This document shows positions 37,712 through 45,933 of a stretch of 55,023 bases of DNA, in pieces (position 1 is the first letter of the stretch; the number at the start of each line of letters is the position of its first letter). The notes beneath the pieces are model-generated. The model did not search any database. It was not told the origin of the DNA and was given only the letters and a program-made list of their open reading frames with translations. The position numbers and the translations under genes were made by a program. Source of the DNA: Gammaproteobacteria bacterium (lineage in GTDB: Bacteria > Pseudomonadota > Gammaproteobacteria > Steroidobacterales > PWYM01); contig JBGTIC010000438.1 in NCBI GenBank assembly GCA_041745895.1, forward strand, positions 1-55,023. The letters run 5' to 3'.

Positions 37712-38611
37712 ATGAAGACATCAATTTCTCGCCGCCACATGCTAGGCGGGCTGGCGCTTGCCAGTTTCGGCGTGGGCCGACTGGCTCACGGTGCGGTAGA
37801 CGCAGTGCGCGCTCCAGCGACTGTCTACTTCGATTCACCCGGAAGCGTGATGACTGCGCTGGTCAAGATGCGTGGCCACCTCGAGGGAAAGCCGACTTTC
37901 ATCTGGCTGCGCGGCGTACAGTACACGCTTATCGATGGCGAGGCGGTGCCGATGTGTGGCTACCTCGGGGGTGCCATCACGCGCTACCGGCGTCTCGGCG
38001 ACGACACGTTCGAGTTCGTGATGTACGAGATCTCCTATTACACCGATCTGGAGACCGGCAAACAGCTGGAAACCGTTCGCATGCCCGTGACGGGGCGCGA
38101 GGTCGCCGTACCTCTTTACCGCACCGGGCCTGGCCAGCACGTCATCATGATGGAGAACGAGGAGGAGCTCTACTGGAGCAAGGAGCTTACGACCAGTGCG
38201 GAGGTGGCGCGACAGCTGGCACCTGATGCCAGGATCCATTACAGGTTCAATGTCCGCCAGCCCGATGTATTCAGGGACAGCGCATGGATCCGCAACGACT
38301 CTTTCACGCGGATGATCCCTGATGATCCGGATCAGCCGGGGTTGTTCTACAAGGAAGCCATCACCTACCAGGCCAGCCTGGCCCAGCTGGCGGATCCCGA
38401 CGCGCCGCAGGTGGATACCTCGATGTCGTTTGCGATTGCCACCGCATGGCGTCCCTGGATGCAGATGCAGGGCATCAACGGGCATACGATGACTGACGGG
38501 GTCGGGGGCAAGGTATTCGATATTCACGACATGCCCGATGACTTCGTGGCTTTGACGGCCCAGCTCCATCCGGATGTGCTGGAAAATCCCGTGGCGCTGT
38601 TGGGGGACTGA
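37712..38611 (+). CDS. D9: Tat-exported DUF1838-like family protein (tandem paralog of D8)
   Basis: RBS GAGG then ATG 37712. MKTSISRRHMLGGLALA. YTDLETGKQLETVRMPVTGREVAV. WRPWMQMQGINGHTMTDGVGG. Confidence 0.8.
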   Translation: MKTSISRRHMLGGLALASFGVGRLAHGAVDAVRAPATVYFDSPGSVMTALVKMRGHLEGKPTFIWLRGVQYTLIDGEAVPMCGYLGGAITRYRRLGDDTFEFVMYEISYYTDLETGKQLETVRMPVTGREVAVPLYRTGPGQHVIMMENEEELYWSKELTTSAEVARQLAPDARIHYRFNVRQPDVFRDSAWIRNDSFTRMIPDDPDQPGLFYKEAITYQASLAQLADPDAPQVDTSMSFAIATAWRPWMQMQGINGHTMTDGVGGKVFDIHDMPDDFVALTAQLHPDVLENPVALLGD

Positions 38612-38647
38612 TCGTCGCGTTCAAGCGAACAGTCCTGTGAACATGCC

Positions 38648-39475
38648 CTATTCCCAGGAGTCCGGGCTCGCCGTCAGCAAGCCCCCATGCTCTGCCTCCG
38701 CCCGGCGCCGGTACTCCGCGGGAAGCTGGTCGATAGAGTCGAGCTTGCGGCCTGAGGAATGCCACACCAAGTGGCCGGGAGTGTCAGCCATATCCATCCA
38801 ACCCTGCCACGGCGACAGGTAGGTCGAAGAGAACACTGACGGAACGTTCGCCACTTCCGGATCCAGAAATCGGTCTACGGGACAGAACACCGTCATGCTC
38901 TCGAGCCATGGTTGAGGCTGCTCTGACAAATAGCGACTGGAGACAAGCCAGACGCTGTCGCCTGACCGATACCATTCGATCTCCCACGGAGTCAGCGCGG
39001 ACTCAGCATCTAATTCCTCACCATAGCCCCAGCCCCTCGCGGCATACAGTGTGGTATCGCGACCGCCCAGCTGGTTTGGTCGTACAGTGTTCATGTTCGT
39101 GGTGTAGGGATTGCGATACTCCCTGAGCATTTCTCCAGTCTCGCGATCGCGGAAGAATGTCAGAGTGCGACTGCTGACCAGGAATGACCCATCCGCGAGC
39201 GGTGTCGACCAGTAGACTTCGGTACCTTCGAGATTGAAAAGATGTTTCGGCGCCTCGTTACCCACCTGGCCATATATGCGGCCTGTATACCACCAGAGTA
39301 CGTCTTCCGGCCTCACACTCATTCTCATCCTGATGTTGGCCCGGAACTGCTCTTCGGCTGTCCGAGGCATCCATGTATCAGCGGATGAGGGTGTCATGGC
39401 GGCGCGCGCCCGCATGCCCCCGCTCAGTCCGAGGGCGCTGATGCCCCCCACCAACAAGCGCCTGGAAATTTGCAT
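38648..39475 (-). CDS. D10: Tat-exported DUF1838-like family protein
   Basis: MQISRRLLVGGISALG. FRDRETGEMLREYRNPYTTNMNTV. WQGWMDMADTPGHLVWHSSG. Confidence 0.8.
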   Translation of the reverse strand: MQISRRLLVGGISALGLSGGMRARAAMTPSSADTWMPRTAEEQFRANIRMRMSVRPEDVLWWYTGRIYGQVGNEAPKHLFNLEGTEVYWSTPLADGSFLVSSRTLTFFRDRETGEMLREYRNPYTTNMNTVRPNQLGGRDTTLYAARGWGYGEELDAESALTPWEIEWYRSGDSVWLVSSRYLSEQPQPWLESMTVFCPVDRFLDPEVANVPSVFSSTYLSPWQGWMDMADTPGHLVWHSSGRKLDSIDQLPAEYRRRAEAEHGGLLTASPDSWE

Positions 39476-39502
39476 GTTCTATCTTGCTCCTGCGTTTTTG
39501 TT

Positions 39503-40939
39503 TCAAAGCATACTCGAGACGTCGATGACGGCACGTTCAGCTGATTCCAGCGCGCCCTCCATGCCGCGCTGGGTCGTGGCTGTATGTTCGCCACAGAAAT
39601 GAATGCGGCCGTGTGGCTCAGTCACGTGCGGCAGTAACCCGTGCACCTGACCCGGCCCGTAGATTGCCCAGTCGCCGGCCGCGAAAGGATCCAGCCACCA
39701 GGAATGAAACCCGCCGAATTCCAGCGCTCCCCGTGCCGCAGGACGTAAGCGCTCTATCTCTGCAATGACGGCACGCCCAGCGGCTTCACCGCCTAACCGG
39801 TCGAGGTAATCTGCACTCCAACCCCGAGCGTTCACCACGATTCCTGTGACCTCTGTGGGGTCTGCGCCAAACCTCTGCGCCGCGACTGACCCACATATGC
39901 CATCAGTCCACATGGAAGGGGAAAGTCCATCCTTTTCCCAGTAGGCCTTGCGAGGCACGAGAAACACCAGGCTGTATCGCATGTATTGCAGGCCTTGCAC
40001 CAGGCGACGCTGCGGACCCTGCAGGCGGGGCACCAGACTCACGTCGCGTAACTTCGACGCCGGCAAAGAGCAAATGATCTGCCTGGCTTCCAGCGAGTCA
40101 CCGTTTCGCCTAAAGACGCGAACTCCATCGGCGTGCTGCTCGATAGCGGCCACCTCGAAATCCAGCAAGATCTCGCCGCTCAGCGCTGCAGCCATTTTTT
40201 GCGGCAACTTCTCGTTGCCCCCGGCAACCGCGTAAGCAGCGCTGCCAACACTGACCTGCTCTGCCATCCACCGATCGTTGAACAGATACATCAGCGCCGA
40301 CACCCCCGCGGAGGAATCCCCGAAATAGGGATTGATGTCGTAACCTAGACTGATCTCGCCATCACTCAGTCCCCGCGAGAGGAGATACTGGTCTAACGGG
40401 CGATCAAGACCGCGGTGTTCGGCTGCGAGCCAATCGCTGGATACCTTCAGCGGGTTAGTTCCGGCAAGCCGACTCGCCAGCACTTGCCAGGGAAGCAGTT
40501 CTCTATACGCAGATGGCAACGGATTGAGAGGGCTGTCCGGCCATTGGCCGGCAGGGATCAGTTGCCCCGCCATGACCATCTCGGGTTGTGCCCCCGAGTA
40601 CATTCGTGGCGCGTAGTTGACCAAAGGAAGCTCTAGCCTCTTGGCCAGATCAATCACCCGCGCATAGCCCGACGCGATAGTGTTGCCGCCAACTTCCGGG
40701 TGGCCAGGCAGGTCGAATCGTGTGCGCAGGCGTCCGCCGACACGATCCCGCGCCTCCACGACCTGGACTTGAGCACCCATTTCTTCGAGAAGAAGTGCTG
40801 CGTAAAGACCCGACAGACCAGCACCGAGAACGATGACGTCGAGCTTGCGCGCAGTCGCGGGTCCCGCCATCGGACTCAATCCTGGGTGCAGAAGCCCTGT
40901 TCCCAGCAATCCTGCCACCACTTCACGTCTTGAAACCAT
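39503..40939 (-). CDS. Tat-exported flavin-containing amine oxidase family protein (paralog of 7947-9395)
   Basis: MVSRREVVAGLLGTGLL. VIVLGAGLSGLYAALLLEEMGAQVQVVEARDRVGGR. HFCGEHTATTQRGMEGALES. ATG at 40939; the ORF-track start at 40957 is TTG. Confidence 0.8.
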   Translation of the reverse strand: MVSRREVVAGLLGTGLLHPGLSPMAGPATARKLDVIVLGAGLSGLYAALLLEEMGAQVQVVEARDRVGGRLRTRFDLPGHPEVGGNTIASGYARVIDLAKRLELPLVNYAPRMYSGAQPEMVMAGQLIPAGQWPDSPLNPLPSAYRELLPWQVLASRLAGTNPLKVSSDWLAAEHRGLDRPLDQYLLSRGLSDGEISLGYDINPYFGDSSAGVSALMYLFNDRWMAEQVSVGSAAYAVAGGNEKLPQKMAAALSGEILLDFEVAAIEQHADGVRVFRRNGDSLEARQIICSLPASKLRDVSLVPRLQGPQRRLVQGLQYMRYSLVFLVPRKAYWEKDGLSPSMWTDGICGSVAAQRFGADPTEVTGIVVNARGWSADYLDRLGGEAAGRAVIAEIERLRPAARGALEFGGFHSWWLDPFAAGDWAIYGPGQVHGLLPHVTEPHGRIHFCGEHTATTQRGMEGALESAERAVIDVSSML

Positions 40940-40975
40940 TTTCGTGTCCGGGGTCAAGTACGTGATGCGCGTGCA

Positions 40976-41845
40976 TCAGGCATTATCGAGCACGGCGTAT
41001 GGATCCTTTGAAGCCTCAGGGAAAGTCTGTTCAAACAGGATACGCCACAATTCTGGCATCCCCTCGTACGCAAATACTTTCCTTCCAAAACAATAGGAAT
41101 AGAAGCTGCCGGGCTGATCGCCCATCTGGAGCCATGCCGGCCACGTGAGTATGTCGGTGAAGTACTGAGCACTCGGCGCATTCATTACACGCGGATCAGC
41201 GACGTCAGCTACCGTGCCGACGTACGTCGACCAGTCGGAGGCTACGAAGGGCCGTGCGTCCGGGCCCGCTTCGGTGGGTACTGCCCGGATCATCATATCG
41301 CCTCGGATGACCACATCATCGCCCTCGATATATCCCGGGCCTTTGTCCGTTACGAGGTCTGTCGTCGTCATGCCAGGCATGCTCACACCAAACGGTGAAC
41401 CGCCTTCTGGTCCCATGACTGTTCGCCACGCTCTGGGCGTGTTGTACGGGACGGATACGTTGGCTCCAGTGTACGGATTTCGAAAGACCTCGAGCAGTTG
41501 CATCGAGTCGGGTGGTGTATAGAAATTCGCACTCGCAACCGTCACCTCATAGGAATCATCGTCCAGATCCCGAGTGCGAAACCACGCGCCGACATACATA
41601 TCCCAGAATGGTGTTGCAACGGAGTCGACGACACCATGGCGTCTTCCTCTCATCCACCAGAACGTGACTGCATCGTCCAGCGAATATGCCAGCTTGCGGT
41701 AGGCGCGCAGGACCTGCTGCCTGTCGCTCATGTCCGGTGGCGCCCACGTGTGCTCTGCGGCCTGAGTCGCACGCGGCGCGTTGCCCATCGCCAGCAAACC
41801 TGCAGCAGCGCCCATCATGCCAAGCGCGGATCTTCTACGGATCAT
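40976..41845 (-). CDS. D11: Tat-exported DUF1838-like family protein
   Basis: Strong RBS GGAGGAG before ATG 41845. MIRRRSALGMMGAAAGLL. EVFRNPYTGANVSV. WPAWLQMGDQPGSFYS (His replaced by Ser). Confidence 0.8.
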   Translation of the reverse strand: MIRRRSALGMMGAAAGLLAMGNAPRATQAAEHTWAPPDMSDRQQVLRAYRKLAYSLDDAVTFWWMRGRRHGVVDSVATPFWDMYVGAWFRTRDLDDDSYEVTVASANFYTPPDSMQLLEVFRNPYTGANVSVPYNTPRAWRTVMGPEGGSPFGVSMPGMTTTDLVTDKGPGYIEGDDVVIRGDMMIRAVPTEAGPDARPFVASDWSTYVGTVADVADPRVMNAPSAQYFTDILTWPAWLQMGDQPGSFYSYCFGRKVFAYEGMPELWRILFEQTFPEASKDPYAVLDNA

Positions 41846-41887
41846 GACATCTCCTCCCACAGTACCTCATTGCTGAAATCGTATGAC

Positions 41888-43048
41888 CTACCAATTGCGC
41901 CGTTCAGCGAAATGGCGCGATGCATCAGAGAAATCTGTCGGGACGTAATCCGCCTGCAGATTGGGGCCATGGCGAGGCACGTAGCCACTGTAGACCGGTA
42001 GCAGCATCTCGATCGGAATGCCGGGCGGCAACGTCCGCGAACGCCGGAACTCGGCGACCGGAATCGTCGTCGTAACGAACTCTTCTTCGACAGAGCGCGC
42101 TTGGGCTGCGATGCTCCCGCTCGGGGCGAAGATCGCCGTATCTCCGGACCCGGAGAATGCCGGGAACCCTGGCTGTTCCGGTGAGACCGACTGATTGCAG
42201 ACGACAGTCCACAATCTGTTGTGCTGAGAAATGACTTTCGCCTCGTCGAGGTTATAACCACCTGAGGAGGAGCTGAGGCGAAGCTCGAGCCCCTTGATGG
42301 CCAAGGCCCGAATCACGTCCGGCTGGCCAGGGGTGATCGAACACGAAATGTTTCCGATGTCGGTTCTGGCCAGGGGCAGGACCGCATCTTCGCCATACAT
42401 TTCGCGATAGCGATCGAGCACATCGTAGATTGATGTCGTGTACAGGTCCCAATTCGGACGGAACCCGCGCCCATTGTTGGTTTTCCAATGATTTGCGACG
42501 ACCTTGCCCTCTGGCGAGATGAGAACACCGTTGAGCAGCAGGTGCCCAGGCCAGTCAATGTCGCGGGCATAGGTCCCGAACGTGATGTAGCAACCATGCT
42601 CCATGGCTTTTTTGCCGAGGGCATCGGTTTCCGGCCCTGGGACTTCTATCGCAACGCGTAACGCTTCCTGCAACGACCACGGGTTCCAACCCATGATGGG
42701 TTGTTCGTGAAAGCACACGAGATCCTGCGGACCGGGAAAACCGTTAGCCATATCGATCAGTTCGAGCACGTGATCAAGATTGGCTTTCATCTCCGGGTCG
42801 GGGTTACGTGTATTCCGGATCGCACGAATTTGCGATTGCACCGCGGTGACGCGTAGCGCATCTTTTCGCAACGGCATGACAGCGTAATTACCGTTGCCGG
42901 CGATCCTGAGGTCCGCAGTCGCAGTGCTTTCTTGTGCCTCAAGGGCGATGCCGCCGCTTAAGACTGCACCGGCAGCGCCGAGACCCCCCGTTGCCAGAAT
43001 CTGTCGCCGACTGATCGACCCGATGGGCTTATCGGTGTTCCTTTTCAT
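41888..43048 (-). CDS. Tat-exported carbon-nitrogen hydrolase (nitrilase superfamily) candidate
   Basis: Leader ISRRQILATGGLGAAGAV. Spacing of the Glu-Lys-Cys triad candidates: LRVTAVQ...DLVCFHE, ...ANHWKTN..., ...TDIGNISCSITPGQPDVIRALAIKG. RBS GAGGTG before the ATG. Confidence 0.55.
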   Translation of the reverse strand: MKRNTDKPIGSISRRQILATGGLGAAGAVLSGGIALEAQESTATADLRIAGNGNYAVMPLRKDALRVTAVQSQIRAIRNTRNPDPEMKANLDHVLELIDMANGFPGPQDLVCFHEQPIMGWNPWSLQEALRVAIEVPGPETDALGKKAMEHGCYITFGTYARDIDWPGHLLLNGVLISPEGKVVANHWKTNNGRGFRPNWDLYTTSIYDVLDRYREMYGEDAVLPLARTDIGNISCSITPGQPDVIRALAIKGLELRLSSSSGGYNLDEAKVISQHNRLWTVVCNQSVSPEQPGFPAFSGSGDTAIFAPSGSIAAQARSVEEEFVTTTIPVAEFRRSRTLPPGIPIEMLLPVYSGYVPRHGPNLQADYVPTDFSDASRHFAERRNW

Positions 43049-43066
43049 TAATCACCTCTCGTAAAG

Positions 43067-43921
43067 TCAGCCCGGATGAAGATCGGGGATGGCTTGATCG
43101 AAGAGGCTGCGATCGACGCGCAGCAGTTTCGGGAATTCCCGCTCCGCACGTTCGCGAAATTCGACGGGCAACTCGTCGGTAGAGCGAAGCTTGCAGCCAC
43201 TCCAGGCGGCAAACATGTGGCCGGGCGAATCGCCCATCTCCATCCACTGTGGCCAGGGAAATACGTACGCGCCGGATACTTCAGCGGGTAGCCAGTTCCG
43301 CGTCCGGTCGTCGAATGCGGCCGCCGGGGTTGCTTCCGTGCCCATCTCGAGAAAGGTTACAGGCCAGGTGTCGGGCGGCACACGAATCGCGTCGACCTTC
43401 ACGTAGCCATTCTCTCGGCGCAGAACTTTGTAGTCGGGCCGCGGCGGCTGTGTGCGCCGATCCAGACTGATGACGCCTGCAGGGGATCGCACAATGCCCG
43501 GATCTTCGATCAGCGCCATTGGAGGCACGGTCACCATGGCACCCGTCACAGGGTTCAGTACCTCGCTGACGAAGCGTCCGGAGTCAAGGTCGCGAGGGAA
43601 AGACAGGTTATGACCGTGAATGCGGTAGCGATTCTCGCCGATGCGTTGATGCCGTGAGAACTCGATGCCCTCCCACCTGACGACGGCCTTGGGTGTGGCG
43701 TTCCCCGGCACGGCCACCATGATGAAGTGGTACCAATGCAGAATATCGTCGGCATCCTCGAGACTGCGCTGTATGCGCATTGACTGCCGAAAGCGTTCGA
43801 CCGGATCCAGGGCAAGGAACTCAGAGATCCCGGTGACAGGTGCGGCCGTCGCCACCGAACTTACGCCAGTCAGTCCAGGGGCGGCGAGTATCATCGCGCC
43901 GAGCGCTTCGCGTCGCTTCAT
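43067..43921 (-). CDS. D12: exported DUF1838-like family protein (triplet subfamily)
   Basis: MKRREALGAMILAAPG. YRIHGHNLSFPRDLDSGRFVSEVLNPVTGAMVTV. WPQWMEMGDSPGHMFAAWSG. Confidence 0.8.
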   Translation of the reverse strand: MKRREALGAMILAAPGLTGVSSVATAAPVTGISEFLALDPVERFRQSMRIQRSLEDADDILHWYHFIMVAVPGNATPKAVVRWEGIEFSRHQRIGENRYRIHGHNLSFPRDLDSGRFVSEVLNPVTGAMVTVPPMALIEDPGIVRSPAGVISLDRRTQPPRPDYKVLRRENGYVKVDAIRVPPDTWPVTFLEMGTEATPAAAFDDRTRNWLPAEVSGAYVFPWPQWMEMGDSPGHMFAAWSGCKLRSTDELPVEFRERAEREFPKLLRVDRSLFDQAIPDLHPG

Positions 43922-43945
43922 GACTGCACCTCTGGCTTATGGGGA

Positions 43946-44854
43946 TCAGAGTGGGAAGGCAATGGGGCGCTCGAACTCCTCCCACCTGGGTTGCAGCAAC
44001 TCAGGATAGAGACGCTCGGTGTGTTCCAGAAAATCTCTGGGAATCTCGGCGGCATTGTGGAGTTTTCGACCATCGAAGAATCCGAGCATGTGCCCGGGAC
44101 GATCGCCCATTTCCAGCCACGGCAGATACGGGAATACGTAGCTGCCTGCGAAATGCACCGGCAGGGATGTAATGGTCGGATTCTCGAAATACCTGAGATC
44201 CGTCCACTGGCAGGAGTTCTCCATGTGGGTGCTTGGCCAGTCCGGTGGTGCAGTGCGTACGCTATCGAGCTTCAACAGATTGTCTTCGATTCTGAATCTG
44301 CGATAGGGCTGGACGTATTGTCCGCTTCCCGAGAGGTTTCGAAACCCCTTAGGCGAAGCCAGGGTGCCGGGATCATGCAGCAACACCGTGGGCATGGCCT
44401 TGACGGTTTTCCCGGTGAGCGGGTTATCGATGGTTTCGAGGAACTCGCCGGTGTGAATGTCACGCACGTAGGAGAGGTTGTGGGCATGAATCCGGTACTC
44501 CATGTCCGCTACCCGCCGGAAGTAGCTGTACTCAATACCCTCGTAAGCCATGAGCGGGAAGGGGGTGCGATCGGCCGGGATGACGTAGGCGATCCAGTGG
44601 TACCAGGTCAGGGTGCTGCCCTCCTCCTCGACCAGATCGCGTTCCAGACGAAGGTGCTGGCGAAACTCCTCGACGGGATCTTCGAAGAAAATAAACTCTG
44701 ACCGCACCTGGCTCAACGCCATGTCCTCGGCCCGGGTGCCGGCGGGAATCCGCACACCCGGACTGTGGTTGCGGCTGGGTGCGGCCCCGGCCCCAGGGGC
44801 TATCGCCAGGGCGGATAATGCCGCGTTACTGGCGAGGAAACGACGTCGATTCAT
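43946..44854 (-). CDS. D13: Tat-exported DUF1838-like family protein (triplet subfamily)
   Basis: MNRRRFLASNAALSALA. YRIHAHNLSYVRDIHTGEFLETIDNPLTGKTVKA. LPWLEMGDRPGHMLGFFDG. Confidence 0.8.
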   Translation of the reverse strand: MNRRRFLASNAALSALAIAPGAGAAPSRNHSPGVRIPAGTRAEDMALSQVRSEFIFFEDPVEEFRQHLRLERDLVEEEGSTLTWYHWIAYVIPADRTPFPLMAYEGIEYSYFRRVADMEYRIHAHNLSYVRDIHTGEFLETIDNPLTGKTVKAMPTVLLHDPGTLASPKGFRNLSGSGQYVQPYRRFRIEDNLLKLDSVRTAPPDWPSTHMENSCQWTDLRYFENPTITSLPVHFAGSYVFPYLPWLEMGDRPGHMLGFFDGRKLHNAAEIPRDFLEHTERLYPELLQPRWEEFERPIAFPL

Positions 44855-44882
44855 ATCTCATTTCACCAGATGAAGGCTTGCT

Positions 44883-45872
44883 TCAGCCGCGCAGCGCCTC
44901 CTGCGCCACCGCTGACAGGGGTGTTTCGAGTTCTGCCCAGCGAGGACGCAGCAATTCAGGCACTTCGCGGGCGACCCGATCATGGAACTGGCGTGGAAGT
45001 TCGGCCGGTCCGCCCATGACCCTGCGACCACTCCACGCGCCCAGCATGTGGCCCGGCCGCTCCCCCATGCGCATCCACGCCGGAAAGGGAAATACGTAGA
45101 ACCCGGATGTCTGGAACGGCAGCGCAGTCACCGCCGGGTTGTAGAAGTCGTCGCGCGACACCGTGCTGCAGCCGCTTTCGATGAACATTTCGGGCCAGCC
45201 TTCGGGCATTGGCCTGATGTGCTCGGACTTGATGAGTGGTCCTTCTATACGAAGAACGTGATAAGAGTCCAGCCATTTCGGGCTCGTCGCATCCAGCACC
45301 AGATACCCCTTGGGACCGTGAAGCACGCCGGGATCATTGAGCAGCCTGATAGGCTCGACCCGAAGCTCTTCATTGGTATAGGGATTGTGCGCGCTGGAGG
45401 TGAACTCGCCGGTGATCAGATCACGCGGGTAGCTGACGTTATGTGCGTGGATGCGCCAGGTCATCTCCCCGACGCGCCGAAAATACGAAAACTCCATGCC
45501 TTCCCAGCGGACAATCGGCTGCGGGCGCTGACCGGGAGACAGCGCATACATCAGAAACTGGTAGGTCGACAGCGCAGTGCCTTCGTCTTGGAGGTCGCGC
45601 TCCAGCCTGAAAAGCGCCTTGAACTTCTCGACCGGGTCGGTCAAGCGGATGAATCCATCATCCCACGGCGTGGATTCCGCTGCCGCGGATGCATTCAGGC
45701 TGACTGGGAGCATGCCAAGGCCGACCAGGGCCAGCGGCGCACCTCCCAACAGCTGCCGACGTCGGCTGTCGATGCAATCCGGTGCACTACCCTCTGGCGC
45801 TCCGCGTGTCTCTGGCGCTCCGCTCGACTCGGCCAGGTTGCGAACAAGGGCCTGGCGCAGGGTATTGATCAT
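44883..45872 (-). CDS. D14: Tat-exported DUF1838-like family protein (triplet subfamily)
   Basis: DSRRRQLLGGAPLALVG. WRIHAHNVSYPRDLITGEFTSSAHNPYTNEELRV. FPAWMRMGERPGHMLGAWSG. Confidence 0.8.
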   Translation of the reverse strand: MINTLRQALVRNLAESSGAPETRGAPEGSAPDCIDSRRRQLLGGAPLALVGLGMLPVSLNASAAAESTPWDDGFIRLTDPVEKFKALFRLERDLQDEGTALSTYQFLMYALSPGQRPQPIVRWEGMEFSYFRRVGEMTWRIHAHNVSYPRDLITGEFTSSAHNPYTNEELRVEPIRLLNDPGVLHGPKGYLVLDATSPKWLDSYHVLRIEGPLIKSEHIRPMPEGWPEMFIESGCSTVSRDDFYNPAVTALPFQTSGFYVFPFPAWMRMGERPGHMLGAWSGRRVMGGPAELPRQFHDRVAREVPELLRPRWAELETPLSAVAQEALRG

Positions 45873-45933
45873 TGGCTACACCCGTCGGTAGGCGTGCAGA
45901 GAATCCGCACGTGTCGCAGGCCAGACTATCGGG

